Shown: in pieces, positions 51,283 to 63,488 of the stretch
How the letters are laid out: each line of letters starts with the position of its first letter
How positions within the stretch are numbered: position 1 is the first letter of the stretch
From: Nemertoderma westbladi
Taxonomy: Eukaryota > Animalia > Xenacoelomorpha
Direction: 5' to 3'
NCBI GenBank assembly: GCA_032718475.1
Contig: JAUCBJ010006630.1
Coordinates: forward strand, 1-64,000
Length of the DNA: 64,000 nt
Notes under the pieces: generated by a model
What the model was told of the DNA's origin: nothing
Seen by the model: the letters and a program-made list of their open reading frames with translations, nothing else
Databases searched by the model: none
Made by a program: the position numbers and the translations under genes

Positions 51283-51293
51283 ATAACTGTTAC
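51283..51293 (-). promoter_or_regulatory. E2 non-canonical primer-binding position GTAACAGTTAT
   Basis: Directly follows the 5' LTR on the minus strand; perfect complement of the LTR 11-mer at 52376-52386 (also 41871-41881). Confidence 0.5.
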
Positions 51294-52004
51294 TGTTTGC
51301 GCTTTTAAGACCTTTGGCAGTTTAACCCGCCAAATCTATATGTCTTCTAGGTTATAAATCGACTTTAGCCTATGACAAGTATTTGACACAAATAAATCCA
51401 ACATTAGCCGAAGCCAGTCTATGCGCGACCATTCACCCGCTGGATATACCCGGATGCTTCGGATGATTCGGATGATTCGGATGCTTTAATTTGTTTGCGG
51501 TGCAGGCCTACCGTACTATTCGATTGATCGTTAATATAATTCCTGACAAATATCATTCACTTTCGGGAAATATTAGCAGTTCCTTTAGGACGTTGCGCTC
51601 TATCTATATAAACAGAGCTATGGCTTACACTAAACACAACGGAATGGATTATAAGTTACACATAAGGCGCATTCTTTAGGTGATGCTTTGTTACGCGGAC
51701 AAGCACATACAGACTATTGCACACCGCTGCACACTGAATTGCCGATAGTCACTGATTTTAATCATATATAAAGAGAATAGCAACCGACATTTGTAGGGCC
51801 TATAAAATAGCATTTAATTCACTACAAACCACGATAATATAAGTCGCAATTGCTATATGTAACCGGTCTCTCTAACCTTAGTGTATCAAGAAGATCGGGG
51901 TTTCTGATCGTTTATCGTTATTCTCCAAATAACAATATGTAAACAACTGATACAATTAATAACAAACAGTAAATAGCAGTAAATAATGTGCAATACAGCA
52001 GTAG

Positions 52005-52375
52005 GTACCGTACCGTACCGTACCGTACCGTACCGTACCGTACCGTACCGTACCGTACCGTACCGTACCGTACCGTACCGTACCGTACCGTACCGTACCG
52101 TACCGTACCGTACCGTACCGTACCGTACCGTACCGTACCGTACCGTACCGTACCGTACCGTACCGTACCGTACCGTACCGTACCGTACCGTACCGTACCG
52201 TACCGTAACGTACCGTACCGTACCGTACCGTACCGTACCGTACCGTACCGTACCGTACCGTACCGTACCGTACCGTACCGTACCGTACTGTACCGTACCG
52301 TACTGTACCGTACCGTACCGTACCGTACCGTACCGTACCGTACCGTACCGTACCGTACCGTACCGTACCGTACCG
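52005..52375. repeat. (GTACC)n microsatellite in the E2 5' LTR
   Basis: About 74 units. Confidence 0.95.
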
Positions 52376-54597
52376 GTAACAGTTATGTGTTCTTATAATT
52401 AAAGCCGTTCTAATGTTGGAATAATTCAGAATAATTCCATAGCCGATGTTCTAGGCTCTGGAAAAACCAACACACTGAACCCTGTGAGCTGTTGCAGGTA
52501 GCTTTCAACACAAAGAGGAAAAGCTCTCATTGGCAGAGTTCCATATTCCACAGATTCCACGAATGTCTAAATGCCGAACTATTCGGGTTTTTGCAGCCCT
52601 TAGACAACACACAGGATGAATCACTCTGATTGGTTGACCTTGCTCTGGTTGGTTGATCGAACAGAACAAAGAGGCCATACGTACAGCAAATCAGCCAATC
52701 AGCCGGTAGCTTGCATCATTTGAGTTAGGGAGTTTTTCTTTAGAGTATTTGAGCGCATTGAGGGAAACTGGATTGCGAAGCAAAAGGGCCAGTTATATCC
52801 CACAAAAGCTTTTACATGGTTGATTACCTTCCGCCTATCCATTGCATACAACCCTGCTGCCGATTCTAAGGGTCCTTTTGTTACATAAATCTTACACATA
52901 TCTTACACATATCCTTCATGCAGCATAAAGGAGGTGCCACCTGTAGCTTCATAGACCCTCTTACTAGGGAAAATATGGTCCTGTAACTAGGACCCCCTTT
53001 GTTCTAGGATAAGGACGCCCTTGGTGCTGGATTAAGTAGCCATATACTTGGCTGCAGTGGTAAAAGCACCCCCCAACCCCCACTATGGATTACATTAGTA
53101 ATGCGGAGTTCCAGCCACTAGAGGCCAGTGGAATGACTGGACACAATCGGCCTCACAGGCGTCAATTATCTCCTGACCGGCTGCCTGTCTCACTCCCTAC
53201 TGGAGAGAGAGCGGCAAACGATTCTTTGAGTCCCTTTCCTGATGACCTTTCTGGCCCAAACCCTGGGTCACCAGGGAGGCCAGATTATGAGGGGGAGAGG
53301 GATTCTGGAGTTGGAGGCTACTCTCATTGTTCGCGCTTTCAGACCTTTAGCAGTTTAATCTGCCAATTTTAGGTGTCCTCTTGTTTATACGTCGACTTTA
53401 GCCTACAATAATTATTTGGTACACATGAAGTAACATTAGCCGAAACCAGTCTATGCGCGACCAATCACCCACTGTTAAGGGAGACTGAATTCAGGCGCTT
53501 TGAAGTTATTGCGGTGCAGACCTACTGTATTATTTGATTGATCGTTACTATATAATCTCTGACAATATTATTCACTTCCGGGGAGATATTAACAGTTCCT
53601 TTAGGACGTGGCGCTTTAAGTATAAAACAGAGTTATGACTTACACTAAACACAACGGGGTGACTACTGATTCTTGCAAATATCGCATTCTTTAGGAGATG
53701 CTTTGTTATCAGTCAAACTGCTTCACACGACTTCACACTAATGCACACTGATCTGCCGACCGTCACTGAATTCGATCATATATAAGGAGGATAGCAACTG
53801 ACACATGTAGGGATTATGAAATAGCATTTAATTCACATAAAACCACTATAATGTAAGTCGCAATTGCTACAGGTATCCGGTCCCTCTTACCTTCAGTAAT
53901 CAAGAAGATTGGAGGTTTTATGATTATTTATCGTTATTCTCCAAATATAACAACATATCCATCCATATATAATAATTAAGGACAGACAGTAAACAGAAGT
54001 AAAATAATGCAATTAACAATCAGTATGTTACGTAGTGCATTGAGTTAATGCCACCAGTATGCCGTATGATCAGCAATGAGTCAGGTAAGATAACAGCTTT
54101 GCACTCCTATAATCAAAGCTATCTAATGTTGGCCAAAGTCTGAAACTTCCACAACAGAAGTACAGAAGATTTCCAAGCCGGTTCTTCTGGCCCAGAAAGG
54201 TAAAAAAAACCAAGACTGACATGCCTATTACGGTTTACATAGGCTCTTGTCACACATAAAATGAAAATCGCTCTGATTGGCTGAGCCAAACAAAGAACAA
54301 AGAAAAGTTCCACGTTGGCTGTAAATCAGCTGATAGATTGCGTCATCTGAGTTCCCGTCTTTTAGAATATTAAGCGCATTGCGGAGAAAATGGCTTGTTA
54401 TGTCCACTAAAGCACACATGCAGACATAGCGGGTAAAAATGGCTTGTTTTGTCCGCTAAAACACCTACACGGTATATTGCATAGAAAAATGGCTTGTTAT
54501 ATCCGCAAAAGCTTTTACACCACTCCCAGAAAATGGGATTTAATTATATAAAATATAAAAAATCACAGTTTCTAAAATATAAAAATACTCTAAACAG

Positions 54598-54870
54598 TTA
54601 GTCCTTCTTACTTAAACGGTGTTTACGCAGTTTTTTGAGGCTAGCAAGAGTCTTTTTCTCTTTGGGCCGAGCCACTTTACGAGGAGGGCTATAACTCCTA
54701 GGTGAGGGGTGCAATACAATTGCATCAGAAGGTTTGGGGTTACGGTCGGTGTATCCGCCGGTCGAGGTACCCGGTTGATCGATATCAACCTCTGAGGAAC
54801 GAGGTCGAACAACCTTTAGAGCGCGTTTCAAGACAGCAGCTCTTACTGGTCCCTGACGAGTCGTCTGCAC
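54598..54870 (-). CDS. E3 basic tail ORF (Lys/Arg-rich, NLS-like)
   Basis: PPRKVARPKEKKTLASLKKLRKHRLSKKD; similar DNA at 42390-42550 in E2. Confidence 0.45.
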   Translation of the reverse strand: MQTTRQGPVRAAVLKRALKVVRPRSSEVDIDQPGTSTGGYTDRNPKPSDAIVLHPSPRSYSPPRKVARPKEKKTLASLKKLRKHRLSKKD

Positions 54871-54960
54871 GAGAGCGGTAGGCGGACCATGAGTAGTAAG
54901 GAACTTCCTAGGTTTGATGGTTCTTTCTAACTCGTGTTCTCGGGCTCTATATTCATAGGC

Positions 54961-56373
54961 TCATCTATGAACTTCCTGTAGTTCTGGATGCGAGTTGATG
55001 AACAAGTCACCATATTCCGGATTTTGACGGATGAAGTTGATCAAGTTATAGGAATTAAGATCATTAAGATTGATGTTCCTGAGATACTTGCGAACAAATT
55101 TGGTTGAAATATTCTCGCCAACACGCTTCATTAGTTTGTAACTCGGTGTGCGAGATTTATGCTCAATGGAAGCAAATAGATACGGATGAAATATATAAAC
55201 TCCTTCATAGGCACGTCCAGGGTAATATCGATGACGTGACTCGCAGTGGAGATCCGCGTTCGCTTCCCAGGCTCGAATGTAGCACAGGGTAATCATTTCA
55301 TCTACACTCTCTAGATCTTGATTGAAAGGGCAATCAAAACTGGCGTGTCCTTTAAACTGGTACTGATGGCATTGAGTCATAAATTGAGGGCAGACTGCAA
55401 AGATGTGTAAGTTATTGAGTCTACAATACGCACAATACACCTTCATTGTAGGTTGGTCTTGGAAGTAGGAGCAGGGTGTGCTGGAGTCCACTGGGGTAAA
55501 ATGGTCTCGTGATGAGCACAATCGGTAACTTTTCCGAGAAACATAATTGGCATGCCGATAATCGTATGCGGTGAGACATTGTGGACCTTGATACCATTCC
55601 AGGACGTGGTCGTTGTCACTGCTCCGTGGCGCTGTGGGCTGCATCTCCTCGGATTCTAAGAATATTGGTTTGTCTTCCAATTGTATAGCTGAGGTAGGTG
55701 TAGCTGTCTCCTCAAGCGAACCCACTGTTTGAACTTCCATGATAGAATAACCTGTGGGAATTCGGGGTCTTTGTATAACAGAGGAATGTAAGTTCTGTAT
55801 ACAAACGTCCTTGAAAATAGCGAAGCCAGCACTGTCTAACTTCTCAGCAGCTGAGTCTCTTAGGCTGAGCTTAGTTAGAGCGCGGTCCTTAAACTGACTA
55901 TCAACGTTACGGAACGGAGTCAGAAAGCGCCTAAAGCATTCGAATCGGATGAATTTATTGTGTTCATCTAGCTTGGCGAGTTTGGTTCCGAGTATCAAGG
56001 GATGGGCACGTATAGTACGACTGCACACATCAGCTAGCCAACCGGGAAGTGCGGTGTTCTCGAGGATAGTGTGCATAGCTAATGAGGGACGAAGGGGAAC
56101 ACTGATAAAGCTATACACAACGCCAGGTGCGGTCAATGGTCCGTCGAAGTATAATCGAGAATAATGATCTCCATATACTTGTTGATAGTTGATAGGGTTT
56201 CCGACTTTGAAATTCCATCCGTATTCTTGGAAGGCAAGATGTCCGATGGAGGTTTGTTGTACTTTATTAATGCCGCTGGGTGTATTGGCATACATAGTTC
56301 GGAAAAAACCTCGGCCTTCTGCCCAGGGAGCAATCAGCTGGGTGTCTACGAAAGGATATGGGATATTCTCCAT
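54961..56373 (-). CDS. E3 accessory protein B, 470 aa, double CCHC-like knuckle, unknown function
   Basis: Uninterrupted ORF; CAYCRLNNLHIFAVC and CHQYQFKGHASFDC; homologous blocks in E1. Confidence 0.75.
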   Translation of the reverse strand: MENIPYPFVDTQLIAPWAEGRGFFRTMYANTPSGINKVQQTSIGHLAFQEYGWNFKVGNPINYQQVYGDHYSRLYFDGPLTAPGVVYSFISVPLRPSLAMHTILENTALPGWLADVCSRTIRAHPLILGTKLAKLDEHNKFIRFECFRRFLTPFRNVDSQFKDRALTKLSLRDSAAEKLDSAGFAIFKDVCIQNLHSSVIQRPRIPTGYSIMEVQTVGSLEETATPTSAIQLEDKPIFLESEEMQPTAPRSSDNDHVLEWYQGPQCLTAYDYRHANYVSRKSYRLCSSRDHFTPVDSSTPCSYFQDQPTMKVYCAYCRLNNLHIFAVCPQFMTQCHQYQFKGHASFDCPFNQDLESVDEMITLCYIRAWEANADLHCESRHRYYPGRAYEGVYIFHPYLFASIEHKSRTPSYKLMKRVGENISTKFVRKYLRNINLNDLNSYNLINFIRQNPEYGDLFINSHPELQEVHR

Positions 56374-57169
56374 GTTGCTGTTGTATGCCTAATATGTCTG
56401 CCATTGATGGTAGAGAGCAAGGGAAGACCTATGTCGTATTCAGCAATATTCAGAAATACGATCTTAGTAGGAGGATTCAACATTCGAAGACCATCTCCAA
56501 ATGAATTTATCCCCGATCATTAATGGAGGTGAACAACCAGATTTATGACACATAATGGTACCAGTTGTTCACTGACTGTCTATGTGTCCTTTCAGTCCTT
56601 GTATCACGGTCGTGGACTTGAGGAAAATAGGGGTGGTTGATTATCTAATCAACAACAAGAGGAGTAGGAGTTGATACTATGAATATTAACACAATGGTAC
56701 ATGGACAGGAGGTGTGGACACCAATATAAGCATCCAAATAAACCGTAAGGGATGAGGAGGTTTAGTAGGAGGCGGTACGATCAATACCACGATACCACTA
56801 TGATTGGTCGATCATCTACCAAAAGCTCCAAGCGCGTTGGGTAGAGAAGATGGGAAGAAGAGGGTTTCTCTATCAATGTCTTGTATCCTTGATAGCGATA
56901 GATAGAGGGAGAATAGTAGTAGGGAGAAAGAAGGATATGTGGGTAATATCTATAAGAGACCACAATGGACATGTTTCCCTTTTACGTCCTTACTCATTCT
57001 TACTCTTTGATTGTGACACTAATCACAATAATTGCAGGAAGAGGATGAAATAAGAGGAAATTACAGCCTCCCGAAGGAGACCGCCCGCGAGCACCCGCGC
57101 CCCGGGAAAAACTATTCACATTATGGACCCTGGACATAAACGTATGAATTTTCTCCAGCTGGTTCTCCT

Positions 57170-57577
57170 CTACTTGTCTTTACAAGCATTCTTCCACATT
57201 CTATCTTTCGAGAGGTTTCGAATAGAACTTTCGTGTTCAATTCTCAGTTTATCATTCCGACTCCACTGGGTATGATATTTAAATAGAACCATTTCCCTTT
57301 CGGTGTCTACATCGTCTGTATCGTGTAAATCGATAGGATGACCAGTAGTTAAGAAGTCCATATACGTACCATTACGATGTGTATAGCGAGCTGTGAATTT
57401 TCTATAGTCCAATTCACGCGTGAGTTGTTCTTTTGACATTGGCGGTTCGATATAATGGCCATCATCCTCCGTAATGGGTTGACTGGCGTTGCCGCGTATT
57501 AAACTATCAACAAACGCCTACAATGGTAGGGTATATGGTTCCCTGATACCAAGATCATCTTCTATCAACTCAGTCAT
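57170..57577 (-). pseudogene. E3 accessory module X
   Basis: NGTYMDFLTTGHPIDLHDT shared with E2 43440-43939; one internal stop. Confidence 0.6.
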
Positions 57578-59252
57578 AGTTGCCGTATGAGTTTATCAAT
57601 ATTATAATCAATAATATTTAGGCTAGCGGTCTTCGCTGCCTACCCCTCAAGGCCCCCGGACAGCGCAAGATCCTCAGCGCTGATGTACTGTTGTCGCTGT
57701 GCCTCTCGCCAACGTAGTAGCTACACAACGACAACAATAGCACGCGCGAGTCACTCCACTGTCCGTCCCAAGGGCTTAGATTTACTTCAGGTTCTTGCTA
57801 CAGAGGTAGGGCTACTTTCACAACTGCAACCCGCTACTGTAAACACATTTTAGTAGTAACATTCACCTATAAACGCACAAATTCCACACAACTGTCACAA
57901 ATTGTACACATTCGGGCCATTTGTCCGTTAGTCAAGTGCCTTCCAGAATGCCACGTTATTATTATGTATCCCTGGATAATAGCAGTGTGCTATTTATTCC
58001 GTATGCTATTCAAAGGGGCAAGCTTTCTATTGTTCTTTTAACTCGCTTCTAATTCTAGCGTGGTTGTTGCTATGGTGACATTATGGAAAGCTAGCAGTAG
58101 AATTAGGGTAATTCTCATGCATACAGATCTGGGATGCTATTTAATAGTAATTCTTTAATTGTCAATATTCCCCTTTATACATGATTTTATGAATTTTATC
58201 GGCTATTGACTATATATTGGAGATTCTTGCACACTAGTATACTTAATAGGGTAAATCTCCGCTCCCATGATCTATTAATTAATGGAATTTTGGGAATGTT
58301 ATAAATTGTATAAAATGGATATGAATTTAAATTTATTCCCGTAAATTTTATTATTTATCTTTAAAATAGACACAATTTTATTCCAGAACAGGTCTGGGAC
58401 TAGGAACCTTAATTCTAGGAAATTCGTCCTTTTAAGAGTATCGGTAAGTGCTACGATATCTTAATTGACTAGAATTTTAAAGGATCTGAATTTTAACAGA
58501 TTTGGATTTATTGATTTTCTAGAGTTAACTTGTAAGTATTTACTCTATTATATTTGTTTTGACAAATTTTTAAATATTAAATAATTAATATTTAAGATAG
58601 GCACCGAATTATTCCAGAACTTGTCTGGGGACGTTAACCACTGATTCTAAAATTTTGTCTTTCAAGTATATCGGTAGGTGCCGCGATATCTTAATCGACT
58701 AGAATTACAGATGGTCAAAGGGTTTAACAGATTTATTTTGCGTTTTACGCTACTGTTAAAGGGACATCACGCTACTATATGTATTATTTAAGATACGGAA
58801 TGAGAGCAATATCGCAAGAAGCAATGTCAGTGAGAAGAGGCAAGTCATTTCCAAGGTCTACCCAGAGCTTGGTTTAGCCGAGACACAAGGATCTGAACTT
58901 TGCATTCCTAATACTCTACTTACCAATAATACTTGAATATAGTAGGATCTTTATTGTACTTTAATAAGTACGGACATTTCATCTTACCGTAGTCACGTAT
59001 TTATAATATGATACGGACAGTAAGGAAAGAGAAAATAATGATTTCTCGCGTTACACTAAATATATAATAAGTAATTAAGTAATAAACACGAATATATATT
59101 GCACTAGTCTACTAAATAATCGCTAAAATAACCTTCTACTAAATAAAATTAAAGAAAACGATTATAATAAAATTACATAATAATACATTCATAAATATAA
59201 AAATAATAAAAAATTATAAAATAATATAGTCACACACCCACTCCAGACGCGG

Positions 59253-62200
59253 TTACGTTGGGGAGTCCCTAGATGTTTGTTGGATTAGGGAGATGGTTGT
59301 GGGAAGAGTATCTTGCCTTCCATAGTTTCCGGATAGTTCTCTGTCTCTTTCCAGTAAACCTAAACGACCAACTGGGCGATTGAGCTGCTGCGTTTCGAAT
59401 AGAATTCCAGGTTTCTTAAAGTTACGTCGCATGACGACGAGTTCTACTGATCGCACTAAACCATCATTGGATACATGAGTCTCGATGATACGACCTGTCT
59501 GCCACCGCTTATGTGGAAGATCTGATTCCACAATAAGGACCATGTCTCCGGCGCTGACGTTTTCTTGCTGCGCAAACCACTTGGTTCGAAGTTGTAGCAT
59601 AGGCAGATAATGTTTTTGAAATGGTCAGCGAAATGACGGGATAATAACTGCATAAGTTGCCAAGTTTGTCGGCAGTATTCGTCTCTGTCTGTGATTTCCG
59701 ATTGTGGGAGCATGGCTACAGGTTTCTTCAGTAGGAAGTGCGCGGGTGTAAGCGCTTCTAGGGAGTCGGGACTTGATGAGACTGGCATAAGCGGTCTCTC
59801 GATAAGATAGGCGGCAATTTCCTCCATTAACGTCCACAAAAGTTCGTCGGTGAGATAAGCGCGGCAAGGCACTATAAAGTGAAATGCGGTCTTCACACTC
59901 CTTATTAATCTCTCCCAACTTCCTCCCCACCAAGGGGTGTCGGCGGCGTTAAAGGTCCAGCTAGATGATGTTACCCTTAGCTGATCGTCCACCTGTCTTT
60001 GGTTCCAATATCTAATGTAAGCTTTGATCTCATTATTGGCACCAATGAAGTTCGTTCCCTTATCAGATCTCATCGTGTTGCTAGTTCCAAAGCGAGCAAT
60101 CTGTCGGCGTAAACTCAGTATGAAGCTGTTGATAGATAGATCGTTCACCATATCTAGATGTATCGCTCTACAAGTCATACAGACAAAGATGACACACCAT
60201 CGCTTGACTATAGTTCTAGCACGATATACTTCAATAGGGCCAAATAAATCCATACCGGTATTAGTAAAGGGTGGTTCATAGAAGCTTACGCGTTCCCTAG
60301 GTAATTCTGCCTCGCGCTGTGTTAAAGGCCTTCTGAATGCTTTCCTACAGGGTATACAGTTCCTAAGAACTTGGTTCAGAGCTCTACAGGGTTTTTGAAA
60401 ATAATAGCGAGTTCGAATTTCGCTAAGAACTCGTTCTCTACCAGCATGGTAAAGCTTACTGTGAACATCTACAATCATCTTGATTTGTATTTCAAGATTT
60501 CTAATGAGTAGGGGAAACTTAGTGTCAAAGGATAATGGAGCATTAGTTAGTCTTCCTCCAACGCGTATTAACCCATCTATCATTGTGCTAGAGAAACGAT
60601 CCCTTAAGCGCATCTGTGGATTTCTCAACAACAGGAAATACTTATCGGAATCCTCATAGTATTGCAGGAGTCTCAGTATATGCTTATTTGTTTCTTCATG
60701 CTCTTGTGGTAACTGATCCTCTCCTTCAGAAATCTGTCTGATATATTGTATTTGGGAAGATCTTTAACAACATGGACCTGTGCAGATGTCAGTGGAGCGG
60801 TATCACTAGCAATCTTCGTCCTGGAGTAATGATGGTGGAAGCATCGCTTCAAATACACGACGGCCTTACAAAGCCGAGCTATAGTGATTTATCACTCTCT
60901 GCAGGAGAGGTGAGAGTCCCTGCGAGACGTCTGGTGTTCCAGATTTCCAGTCTCTCTCTCTGTTGTGGAGATTCACAACAGATTTATTTGTGGCGGGTGA
61001 GTTTAGATCCACAGCGTCGTCTCCAGAAGTGTGTAGTACAGATAGATCTATCACTGGTTTGAATAACTTTGATTTACTCGTCCGGGTTTTAGGTTTCAAT
61101 TTCTCCGCTCCCTTGGCTTGTCTAATCTCAGACGTGGTAAGATGAGGAGGCCATTCATCTTCTTCTTTACTTAGGAAGTCGGGTCCACCTAACCAGTCTG
61201 GAGTATCTATCAGTTCTTGAGGAGTTGCTCCTCTGGAGGCGATGTCAGCTGGATTAATCGTCCCATGGCAATGTCTCCATTGATCTACATTAGTGCGACT
61301 AAGTATAATGGCTACTCTGTTGGTAACAAAGACGCTGAACTGACAGACTTCATTGGTTATATACTCCAAAACGAGTAAAGCATCAGTCCAATAGACAGTT
61401 TTCTCCAGTGGATAGTCGATCTGTTTTGTTACATTCCAGCCGATGGCTGTAGCATATAGAGCCGCTTTTAACTCCGCTCGAGGAACTCGTAATTTGTTGT
61501 TTATCAAGGCCTTAGAGGTAACCAAGGCAACTTTAATTCCATCCGGAGATTTAACTCTCAGGTAGGCTACTATACCTATTCCCATATCGCTGGCGTCTCC
61601 AGACACATGGAGTTGATAGGAATATGTGGGGAGAACGTGACCAAAATATGAACGGGAAATCGTAAAGTTCTCGATGGATGGTAGAGAATCTTCCCATTTC
61701 ATCCACTTCTTTAGTAGTTCTCCCTTAAGTGGATTGTCCCACGAGTGGTTTTCAAGCCACATTTGTTGTACTAAACTCCGAGCAACCAATATAACGGGGC
61801 TAATAAATCCCAATGGATCGAAATAAGTGCTCAGGATACTTAGACAAATCCGTTTAGTTCGAACTGGATTATCTCGCCTTTTTAGCTGGAAAAACAGGAT
61901 ATCTCTCTCCGTGTCCCATTTCAAACCAAGCGTCTTGGTTTCTGGAAGATTGTCCTTGATAAGGTCCAGATCTTTAACACCTCAATCTTCCGCCGGGATC
62001 GATTCCAGAAACTCACGGGAGTTACTTGTGAATTTGGTTAGTCGAAATCCACCGCGTTTCAAGCACTCTACCGTTCCCTTGGCAACATCAATGGCTTCTT
62101 CCACTGATGGGAGGGACTTTAAATTGTCGTCCATGTAGATATCCCGTTTGATGTTGTCGATAACCGCTTTTAAGAAGGCGTCCCGGTTGTCATCCACAGT

Positions 62201-63488
62201 AGTACGCACCACTGAGCAAGCGTTCGAGGGGCTTGAGATGATCCCGAAAGCCTGGATGGTCATCCAGTACTCCACCAGTTTTTGGTCGAGGTCTCCTTCA
62301 GGCCACCACAGAAATCGTAGGCTGTCTCGATCCCTATCCAGCGCCTTAACTTGTAAGAACATACCTTCTATATCCGAGGCAAAAGCGATAGAATATTGCC
62401 GGAATCTTAAGAGTATTCCCAACAAGGATTGGAGTAAGTTGGGTCCCGGCAACAACTCAGAATTAAGGGATTGGCCCATGTAAAGGGCGGAGCCGTCAAA
62501 TACTACCCGGACTTCGTTGGGTTTACCGGGTTTGGGAACGTAATGATGTGTTAGATAATACGTTCTCTCAGTTACGGTTGTTTCTTCTGGTACTCGCTCC
62601 ACGTATCCCTTATCGATGAATTTCTTCAGCTATGTCTTATACATCTCTTTAGCTGAAGCATTGGCCGTAAGACGCCGATGTAGTTGCGCAATTCTCTTCT
62701 CCGCCAAGGGTCTGTTATTAATAAAGTTTTCGTTCTCGCCGTCTGAACGGAAGACCCCTCTCATACCTACCTTGGTCTTTAAGAAAACGTGTAGTCGTTT
62801 CCTGGATCTGCTTGACTCTTTCCTCCTCGACAGATAGAGCCTTGTCATAGGAATTAGGCTCTACAGCTTCTTGCGTAAAGAATCGTACGGCGTGTTCATC
62901 GTGAAGTTTATCATTGTATCGATCTATCACCGCATTTAGCTCGTCATTGTAGTCGAATTGTCCGCCATGATTGACAAGATGGCACAGTTGCATTTGGTTT
63001 CTCCAAACTTCACTCTCGGTGAGGAGGTTGATTGTATTTTCCTCGTCAAATATTTGGGTAATATCGTCGTTATCTGAGGAGTATGGTGTTCCCTCAGGTA
63101 TGGTCTCTCCCTCACTGATTTCTTCTTCCCATTCACTCACCTGATGGATGTGGTTGGTAGGTACTCTTTCCATGAGTGTTCTACGGGAAGGTCCAGTGAA
63201 GTACCAACCTACTCTCTTTCTTCCAGCATAGGTTTGCAATGGTTGCGGTCGAGCAGGCCGTTTTTCTAATGTCTCAAGCGCCTCATGTGCATTTTGACCG
63301 ATTAATATTTGCACCCCTGGGTAGTCGGTGTTGAATCTAGGGATATTATGTTGCTGGGTAAAATAGTCTTCATCCTAGTTGTAAGGTTCCACTTGGCTGG
63401 TAGCAAAGTTCTTTATCACCACCATTTTTACTGACCTTATGCTATGTTCTCCTAGTTCATCCTGGGGAGTGGACAACGCTCCTACATA
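59253..63488 (-). pseudogene. E3 pol (protease C-terminus, RT, RNase H, integrase), with several frameshifts and stops
   Basis: YYLTHH, SDIEGMFLQV, IYMDDNL, FDPLGFISP, SGDASD, YWTDAL, GMDLFGP, SDKGTNF, PWWGGSWERL. Confidence 0.95.

Larger units (their letters stand above)
41121..52816 (-). mobile_element. BEL/Pao LTR retrotransposon E2, internally deleted (gag and protease kept; RT, most RNase H and integrase lost)
   Basis: Near-identical LTRs at 41121-42311 and 51294-52816; TGGTT target duplication (41116-41120, 52817-52821); PPT-like GGGAGCGG. Confidence 0.95.

Noticed and set aside
51986-52402. ORFs of (TVPYR)n
   Set aside because: Translation of the (GTACC)n microsatellite.
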